Of a stretch of DNA of 64,000 nt, positions 57,074 through 64,000 are shown piece by piece; the stretch's first letter is position 1, and every line of letters starts with the position of its first letter. Position numbers and translations under genes: made by a program. Under the pieces are notes generated by a model that did not search any database, was not told the origin of the DNA, and was given only the letters and a program-made list of their open reading frames with translations. Source of the stretch: Burkholderiales bacterium (GTDB taxonomy: Bacteria; Pseudomonadota; Gammaproteobacteria; Burkholderiales; Usitatibacteraceae); the NCBI GenBank assembly GCA_031431435.1, contig JANPDI010000119.1, positions 2,615 to 66,614 of the forward strand. The letters are read 5' to 3'.

Positions 57074-57754
57074 GGTGGAAAATTTCACGTCCACAGACCA
57101 CACGACCATGCCCTCGAACACGTCTCGCATGGCGATAAGGGCGGCAATCGGCTCACACAATATGTGGCTGTTTTCACCGCCATTCTGGCCACCATTGGCG
57201 CCATCGTCAGTTAACAAGGCGGACATACCCAGAACGAGGCGCGTCTGTACAAGAATGAAGCGGTGCCTAGAAAGACAGATGCAGCCAATCATTGGTCCTA
57301 CTATCAGGGCAAGAGCACGAAACAAAATCCTGCGGAACTTGCCGAGTCCCTCACGGGCAATTCGCAACAAACAACCAAACATACAGCCGAAATTGTGCGG
57401 TACAAGGAGGAGAAAGCCGTCATCAAAAGATGAGGCGGAGAAATTTGAGCAACGTTCAAAGGATGCCGACAAAAAGTCAGACGGCGCGGCAAATCCGCAC
57501 GACAAACTCGCCCAGGCAATGACCCTCATTCAAATTGCCATTTCACTCGCGGCATTTGCGTAATTACGCAACGGCGCTGGTTATTCGGCCTGGCCGGATT
57601 GGCGGCTGCCGGTGGACTCGCATTTTGGATTTTGGCGTTTTTCAGTCACGGCGTGTCGTGTCATGATGACATTTCCAAGCGAGCCGCCAATCGGTTGAAT
57701 TGGCCGTCAAATTGGCGATTATTTGGTGCATCCGCCGCTGTCGATGATCGCTAG
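57074..57754 (+). pseudogene. Disrupted DUF4337-like membrane protein gene
   Basis: Reading across frames gives GKFHVHRPHDHALEH..AVFTAILATIGAIVS*QGGHTQNEARLYKNEAV..HWSYYQGKSTKQN.. (in-frame TAA at 57212-57214). The sequence then shifts frame near the A-run at 57425-57428 (..DEAEKFEQRSKDADKKSD..HDKLAQAMTLIQIAISLAA) and shifts back near 57550-57556 (ITQRRWLFGLAGLAAAGGLAFWILAFF). No start codon is evident. Confidence 0.6.
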
Positions 57755-57780
57755 TATTCACCTACGCAATTTTGCGTACG

Positions 57781-58701
57781 ATGCGCTTCGAGCGAACTAC
57801 CAACGCCATGCATGCCTCTCAAGTCCATTCCGCCACAGAGCCGACCATCGCTTTTGCCGGCAACGTCACGCCAGAAGGCATTGAGCTCGAGCTCGAGGCC
57901 GAGCGCATTGCGCGTGAATTAAAGTTGCCGCCCTGTCCGGCGCTGCTCGACCAATTCCACAAGGCGATCAACGATGATGAAGCCGACCAGAACAAGCTGG
58001 TTCAGCTCGTCAGCGGCGATCTCGCCATGAGCGCGGCGGTTCTGAAGACGGTCAACTCGCCGGCCTACGGGCTTTCACGCACCACCAGCAGCATTCAGCA
58101 GGCATTAACCATCATCGGCTTGCGCGCCACCTCAAACCTGCTGTCAAGACTGCTATTTCGACAGGCATTTCCGGAAGGTTCGGGAACGGTGATGCGCAAG
58201 TTTTGGGAGGAATCGTCACGCTTGACGGAAACAGCCGCGGAAATTGCCCGGCGTGTGTCCGGCCTGAATGCCGATGAAGCCACGACCTACATGGTGTTTC
58301 GCGATTGCGGCATGGCGGTGATGATCAACCGTTTTCCAGATTATGCCGCGGTCTGGCAGGCGCACAGTGAGGGCCGCGCCTACGAGGCGCTGAAGCTTGA
58401 ACAGCAGCAACATCAAACCAACCACGCCCATGTCGGTTACGCGCTGGCAAAGGAGTGGCGCGTGCCCGAATCCCTCGCCATCGCGATTCTCTGCCACCAT
58501 GAGATTGCCAAGCCATCCGGCGAGCCGCTGATGTTGCGTGGTTCACCGGTCAAACTGGCCGCCTTTGGCCTGCTGATTGATCAAATTGTGGCGCTGCGAG
58601 CCGGTCGCGGCATTACTGCGGATTGGGAGATTGCCGAGGCGTTTGCACTGAGCAAGCTTGGGGTGAGCGCCGATGACATGGTCAAGCTCATTGAGCCTTA
58701 A
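57781..58701 (+). CDS. HDOD domain protein
   Basis: LPPCPALLDQFHKAINDDEADQNKLVQLVSGDLAMSAAVLKTVNSPAYGLSRTTSSIQQALTIIG is the typical HDOD signature. The start is uncertain (TTG at 57772, ATG at 57781 or 57808). Confidence 0.8.
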   Translation: MRFERTTNAMHASQVHSATEPTIAFAGNVTPEGIELELEAERIARELKLPPCPALLDQFHKAINDDEADQNKLVQLVSGDLAMSAAVLKTVNSPAYGLSRTTSSIQQALTIIGLRATSNLLSRLLFRQAFPEGSGTVMRKFWEESSRLTETAAEIARRVSGLNADEATTYMVFRDCGMAVMINRFPDYAAVWQAHSEGRAYEALKLEQQQHQTNHAHVGYALAKEWRVPESLAIAILCHHEIAKPSGEPLMLRGSPVKLAAFGLLIDQIVALRAGRGITADWEIAEAFALSKLGVSADDMVKLIEP

Positions 58702-58716
58702 CTGTCCTCTTGTGCG

Positions 58717-59928
58717 CTATTGAAAATACGATAGGTCAATAAACCATTTGCGAGCGGATTCATGGCCGACAATCGTGTCCGCCCCACCGTGCCCCATTGA
58801 CCGCGCCAGATCAATTTCTTTCGGCGCAATGTACTGATTTCGCTTGGTGTCAAAAATCACTTTCACTTTTGGCTTGAGCAGGTCGTTCGCGTTGTGCTCG
58901 GTCACAATCGCCAGGCGCTGACTTTCCAGACGCACCAGTGTCCCGACCGGGTAAATGCCGATACAACGCACAAAGGACTGCGTAAAGTAGGGGCTCAGAT
59001 GGCACTTGCTCCATTCCATCAATTTGCGCAGCCCGTCAGCCGGTGGTATTGCCAAGTGATAACAACGGTCGGCCGTAATCGCGTCGTAAACATCAACAAT
59101 CGCCGCCATCTGGGCGACCCGCTCGATTTCAGCGCCGCCCAGATTAAATGGATAGCCGCTGCCATCCATACGTTCGTGATGCTGCAACGCGATGATCAGC
59201 GGCATCGGGCCGATCGTGTTGTTCGCCGAAAGTATGGCGTGTCCGTCCTCGGGGTGACGGCGCATGATTGCAAACTCCTCGTTGGTATATCGTCCGGGTT
59301 TGTTCAACAGCGCGTTTGACATGCGCGTTTTGCCGATATCGTGCAACAGACCGCCCAGTCCGGCTTGATGAACCGCATCGTCATCCATGCCCTCATGGCG
59401 GCAAAATGCGACCATCAACGTACAAACTGCGACGGAGTGTTGAAAGGTATATAGATCCTTGTCCTTGATGCCGACCAACCCGATCAGTGCGCCGCTATTG
59501 CGCAAAATCGACGAGGTCACATTCGCGACAACCGGCTCAACCGCGTCGATTAACAGCGCTTTGCCCAGTCGAACGTCACGCATCGCCAGTATCACCGCTT
59601 GTTCGGCCTGATGCTTGATATTGCGGGCGCGTTCAATCTCCTCGCCTTGGCTGACCCGTTGGGGCGCGCAAGGTGCGGCCGCCAGCGCGACCAGGTCGCT
59701 TTGGATTTGCTGCCCGACTTCGTCGTTGGTCGGCGCATGCACAGCGTCAAGCCCGCGGTCGGTATCGATATAGATCTCACGAATGCCGGCCGACGCAATC
59801 TTGCTGATTTCGCCATCGTCCCCCACCTTGAACTTGCTCCACGCGAACGGATGTGCCATCCAATCACAATTGAGATCATGGATGTACATACCGACCTTGA
59901 GGTCATTTGTAGGAATGAGTTTGATCAT
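58717..59928 (-). CDS. HD-GYP domain c-di-GMP phosphodiesterase (DUF3391-type N-terminus)
   Basis: It has HSVAV..GLLHDIGK..HHERMDGSGYP and the N-terminus MIKLIPTNDLKVGMYIHDLNCDW. I chose the start at M13. Confidence 0.88.
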   Translation of the reverse strand: MIKLIPTNDLKVGMYIHDLNCDWMAHPFAWSKFKVGDDGEISKIASAGIREIYIDTDRGLDAVHAPTNDEVGQQIQSDLVALAAAPCAPQRVSQGEEIERARNIKHQAEQAVILAMRDVRLGKALLIDAVEPVVANVTSSILRNSGALIGLVGIKDKDLYTFQHSVAVCTLMVAFCRHEGMDDDAVHQAGLGGLLHDIGKTRMSNALLNKPGRYTNEEFAIMRRHPEDGHAILSANNTIGPMPLIIALQHHERMDGSGYPFNLGGAEIERVAQMAAIVDVYDAITADRCYHLAIPPADGLRKLMEWSKCHLSPYFTQSFVRCIGIYPVGTLVRLESQRLAIVTEHNANDLLKPKVKVIFDTKRNQYIAPKEIDLARSMGHGGADTIVGHESARKWFIDLSYFQ

Positions 59929-60078
59929 GGCAAACACCGATATCGGCACGGCAGACAATGCCACGCTACGAACGGTTCACCTGTCATTTCGGCGCGCCGG
60001 ATGATAACTTGAACGCGCGTATCGCTGTTTGATCGGATTCCTCAACGGTTTGTGGTAATGCCGGCACCTTCTGTGTTG

Positions 60079-60492
60079 CTATTTTGCGATCAACGCCGCC
60101 GGTCCAATCAAATCCCATTTGTTGCCATAGAGATCTTCAAAAACCGCCACCGTACCGTATGCCTCTGCAACTGGCGGTCGCACCCAATTCACGCCCCGGC
60201 CACTCAGGTGCTGGTAGTCGCGCCAAAAATCATCCGTATTGAGGAACAAGAAGACCCGGCCTCCGGCTTGATTGCCAATGCTTCGAATTTGGTCGGGCCC
60301 GACCGCTTTTACCAGCAAGAAACAGGTCTCGGTTGCCCCTTTTGGTCGCACGCGCACCCAGCGCTTGCCCGGCTGGCTGGCAGAGAGGTCGGCATTTTCG
60401 ATCAGATCGAAATTTAATGTCGATGTGTAATATTCGATCGCCTCGTCATAGTCTCGCACCACCAGCGCGATTGCCGCAAGGTGTTGGCGCAT
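60079..60492 (-). CDS. VOC (glyoxalase/bleomycin-resistance/dioxygenase) family protein
   Basis: This is a 137-aa ORF. It has LAAIALVVRDYDEAIEYY...L.F.......G.R.V...P and ..DLYGNKWDL. Confidence 0.75.
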   Translation of the reverse strand: MRQHLAAIALVVRDYDEAIEYYTSTLNFDLIENADLSASQPGKRWVRVRPKGATETCFLLVKAVGPDQIRSIGNQAGGRVFLFLNTDDFWRDYQHLSGRGVNWVRPPVAEAYGTVAVFEDLYGNKWDLIGPAALIAK

Positions 60493-60494
60493 GA

Positions 60495-61544
<1,050 letters not shown>

Positions 61545-61687
61545 TTAATACTTTTTTCCGCCATGTCAACCAAGCCTGAAATCCATCACGCAGTTGAACT
61601 TTCACCACGAGCCAGAATCTATGTTGATGAAGCGCTTGCGCTTCCCCGCTTCACCTCCCTGAGCGGGGCCTTTCAAAAGAGGCTTTC

Positions 61688-61730
61688 GGGGCATAGGTTA
61701 ACCCCTTTTCCTATGCCCCATTTTCTTTTT
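61688..61730 (+). terminator. Terminator-like hairpin oriented for the plus strand in the hemB-engB spacer
   Basis: ggggcatagg (61688-61697) pairs with cctatgcccc (61710-61719) and is followed by attttcttttt. A second hairpin (ccccgct / agcgggg) lies about 40 nt upstream. Confidence 0.45.
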
Positions 61731-61746
61731 CCGATTATCAATCCGC

Positions 61747-62337
61747 TTAGCCGAGCATCTTGGCGATCTGCTTTTCGGCTTCCTCCACGCCGGTCCTTTT
61801 CAACGCAGAAAATAATTGTGCCGTCGCGTTTCGATTGGCGAGCCGCAATTGATCACGAACCAGCTTCAGCGTTTGCGACTGCTCGCTCTTTGTCAGCTTG
61901 TCCGCTTTGGTGAGCAGGCAATGCACCGGCTTGTTGGTGGGCGCATACCAATCCAGCAGACGTTCGTCGGCCGGCTTAAGTGGATGCCGCGCATCCATGA
62001 TGAGCACCAGCCCTCTTAACGCTTCGCGGCCGGACACGTAGCTTGCAAGGGTTTGTTCCCAGTGTGCTTTCACCTCGGGGGGCACCTTGGCATAACCATA
62101 ACCGGGCAAATCCACCAACGATTTACCCGCACTCAACGCGAAAAAATTGATCAATTGTGTGCGCCCCGGTGTTTTTGACACAAACGCCAGTCTGTTGTGA
62201 TTGGCCAGCGTATTGATCGCGGACGATTTTCCTGAGTTGGAGCGGCCGACAAAGGCGATTTCCGCCCCGATATCCGGCGGAAGCTGCTCTAGATCATGGG
62301 CGGAGGCGGTATAGACGACATTGGCAAACAGTTTCAC
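61747..62337 (-). CDS. engB: Ribosome-biogenesis GTPase YihA/EngB
   Basis: I chose the GTG start at 62337 (VKLFANVVYTASAHDLEQLP). The G1 motif is GRSNSGKSS, followed by KTPGRTQ and DLPGYG. The 290-aa ORF-track version has an implausible leader. Confidence 0.88.
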   Translation of the reverse strand: MKLFANVVYTASAHDLEQLPPDIGAEIAFVGRSNSGKSSAINTLANHNRLAFVSKTPGRTQLINFFALSAGKSLVDLPGYGYAKVPPEVKAHWEQTLASYVSGREALRGLVLIMDARHPLKPADERLLDWYAPTNKPVHCLLTKADKLTKSEQSQTLKLVRDQLRLANRNATAQLFSALKRTGVEEAEKQIAKMLG

Positions 62338-62433
62338 TGGGCGCTCGATCCGGTTTATTCGATTTGGTTTTCTCTTTGCACGTGATGGGCTAAAATGGCG
62401 CCTATCGTGCAAAGAGCGTAAAAAGGGTTGGAA

Positions 62434-63141
62434 ATGAAAAATTGGGCAATCTGGGTAAGAATTTTGGCTTCTGCCGCGACGGTGGTCGGTTCGACCGTAT
62501 TTGCAGCCGCTGCCGAGCCTGCAAAATCCGAGGCAAAGGCACCTGCCCCCGCACCTACCCACGCCGAACGTCTGGATCGTGGCAAACAAATCGCCGGTAC
62601 CGTATGTGTCGCGTGCCACGGCTTGGACGGTTACAGCCCGATTTCAGCGAATCCAAATATCGCCGGGATGCCAGCCGAGTATATCGCCAAGCAACTCGAT
62701 TTATACAGGTCGGGCGGACGCGCAAACGTCATTATGCAGGGTATGGCCGCCAATCTGTCGCCAGGCGACATGAAGGCGCTTGGAACGTACTATTACGCAC
62801 AACGCGGTAACACCAATGCGGTTGCACGCGACAAGACAATTGCCGAACGCGGCCAGATGATCTACCGCGCCGGCATTGCAGAGGCAAAGGTGCCGTCATG
62901 CGCGGGCTGTCACGGTGGGCTCGGCGCCGGTATTCCCGCGCTATACCCAAAACTTGCCGGGCAATGGCCTGAATATTCGATTGCGCAACTCAAGGCGTAT
63001 GCAACTGGCGAACGCAAGAACACACAAATGAACGCCATCGCAAGCAGGATGAAGGAAAGCGATCTGGTCGCGGTGGCTGAATACATGGCCGGCATGAGGC
63101 CAGCAAGTACATCTGCAGCCAAAATTATTGCCGCGAAGTAG
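62434..63141 (+). CDS. Dihaem cytochrome c4
   Basis: It has a signal peptide and two CxxCH motifs (CVACHG, CAGCHG), each followed by a distal Met context. It is divergent from engB, as in many beta- and gammaproteobacteria. Confidence 0.88.
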   Translation: MKNWAIWVRILASAATVVGSTVFAAAAEPAKSEAKAPAPAPTHAERLDRGKQIAGTVCVACHGLDGYSPISANPNIAGMPAEYIAKQLDLYRSGGRANVIMQGMAANLSPGDMKALGTYYYAQRGNTNAVARDKTIAERGQMIYRAGIAEAKVPSCAGCHGGLGAGIPALYPKLAGQWPEYSIAQLKAYATGERKNTQMNAIASRMKESDLVAVAEYMAGMRPASTSAAKIIAAK

Positions 63142-63175
63142 AGTTGCCCGGCGCTTTACCTGCCGGACAGATTCC

Positions 63176-63213
63176 GCAACAAAATGCCGCACACTGATGC
63201 GGCATTTTGTTGC
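63176..63213. terminator. Bidirectional rho-independent terminator between convergent genes
   Basis: gcaacaaaatgccgca - cactga - tgcggcattttgttgc forms a 16-bp perfect stem with internal A/T runs. Confidence 0.8.
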
Positions 63214-63222
63214 CCGCGACAG

Positions 63223-63918
63223 TCAGACTCCGGTGCGCATGGCTTTCTCGAAAACGCACACGCGGTTGCGTCCCGCGCGTTTTGCGGCGTACATCGCGAT
63301 ATCGGCACACTTCATCAACACCTCGCGATCATCGCCGTGCGCAGGGAAAAAACTCACGCCAATACTAACCGTCACCTGCGCCTCGCCGCCCCTGATCGAG
63401 AATGGTTTGGCAATGCTCTCAACCAGTTTGTTTGCCACCAAGCCAGCTGTTTCTTGATCCGAGAGTTGCGGCACAACCACCAGAAACTCGTCACCGCCAA
63501 GCCTTGCAATAAAGTCTGAGTCACGCAATACGGCGATTGCGCGTTGCGCGACGATTTTCAACAATTCATCGCCGGCATCATGACCCATTCCGTCGTTTAC
63601 CGCCTTGAACCCGTCGAGATCAAGCAACATGATCGTAAAGCCGCCAAGCGCGCGCTGTGTTGCGGCATCAGCCAATCTGGCATCTAGATGCTCAATGGCC
63701 GCCGGTCGATTTGGTAATCTGGTCAATGAGTCGTGCATGGCGTAGTAGGCGATTTTTTCACGTGCGGCAATTTGATCATTTGATAACCTGCGCACAACAC
63801 CGTGAAAAAACACCAGTACCAGCGCAGAACTTGATATTAACGCGACAATCCACTGCTGTGTACATTCAGCCAGCGCGACCTGCTGACGTTCAATCCCCCA
63901 ACAAATCCCGAGCGTCAA
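63223..63918 (-). CDS. GGDEF-domain diguanylate cyclase with a short membrane-anchored N-terminus
   Basis: It has YYAMHDSLTRLPNR, RLGGDEFLVV and ADIAMYAAKRAGRNRV. Only non-ATG starts are available (TTG at 63918), and an upstream in-frame stop lies at 63934-63936. Confidence 0.8.
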   Translation of the reverse strand: MTLGICWGIERQQVALAECTQQWIVALISSSALVLVFFHGVVRRLSNDQIAAREKIAYYAMHDSLTRLPNRPAAIEHLDARLADAATQRALGGFTIMLLDLDGFKAVNDGMGHDAGDELLKIVAQRAIAVLRDSDFIARLGGDEFLVVVPQLSDQETAGLVANKLVESIAKPFSIRGGEAQVTVSIGVSFFPAHGDDREVLMKCADIAMYAAKRAGRNRVCVFEKAMRTGV

Positions 63919-64000
63919 GCAGGATGCCGCGCGTCAATATGATAGCGTCTTACCGCAAAGTTAGGCCTGCTCGCTCTCGAATCAGTTTCTTCGCCGCTTC

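Noticed and set aside
63961-64000. A possible 3' end of a minus-strand gene at the window edge (the plus strand starts with tta).
   Set aside because: Reading back from that TAA, an in-frame TGA occurs seven codons upstream, so it is not the end of a long ORF. There is too little sequence to call anything.

Overview
This is a 64-kb chromosomal segment whose gene order looks betaproteobacterial (Burkholderiales-like). The order includes dprA and a LysM gene opposite def-fmt-rsmB-DUF4390-ntrY/ntrX-like, pilMNOPQ-aroK-aroB opposite mrcA, and hemB-engB opposite cytochrome c4. The taxonomic call is inference from gene order and protein motifs only; no search was run.

Most of the window is ordinary housekeeping backbone. 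The clear accessory region is an integrative island of about 8.3 kb at 1360-9625, inserted into the 3' end of tRNA-Phe(GAA). It is bounded by a 15-bp direct repeat. It carries a P4-type tyrosine integrase, a RadC-like JAB protein, an orphan 280-aa protein, AlpA, two small coupled ORFs, a 922-aa PriCT-2/Toprim/DUF927-type primase-helicase and an XRE-type HTH protein.

The most unusual signal in the island is a 9-mer, CTGAGGACA, present in 14 copies in two mutually inverted arrays at 2805-2921 and 8281-8414. The arrays bracket the cargo and replication genes. The island also has a second motif, GGGGGTA(A/G), clustered next to both att sites, and about 0.8 kb with no convincing ORF that is dense in repeats.

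The second notable locus, at 15782-22332, is a tandem pair of paralogous LytS-type kinase / LytTR regulator systems. One kinase (774 aa) has a highly atypical domain layout. A 34-bp duplication of its partner regulator's start creates an upstream ORF. Small secreted-protein genes lie upstream of the pair.

Other points are a multiply disrupted DUF4337-like pseudogene, an NtrX-like regulator with a degenerate ATPase motif, and an uncharacterised amidohydrolase plus peptide-type ABC importer cluster. All product calls come from reading the supplied translations against remembered family motifs. No database search, alignment or composition statistic was computed.
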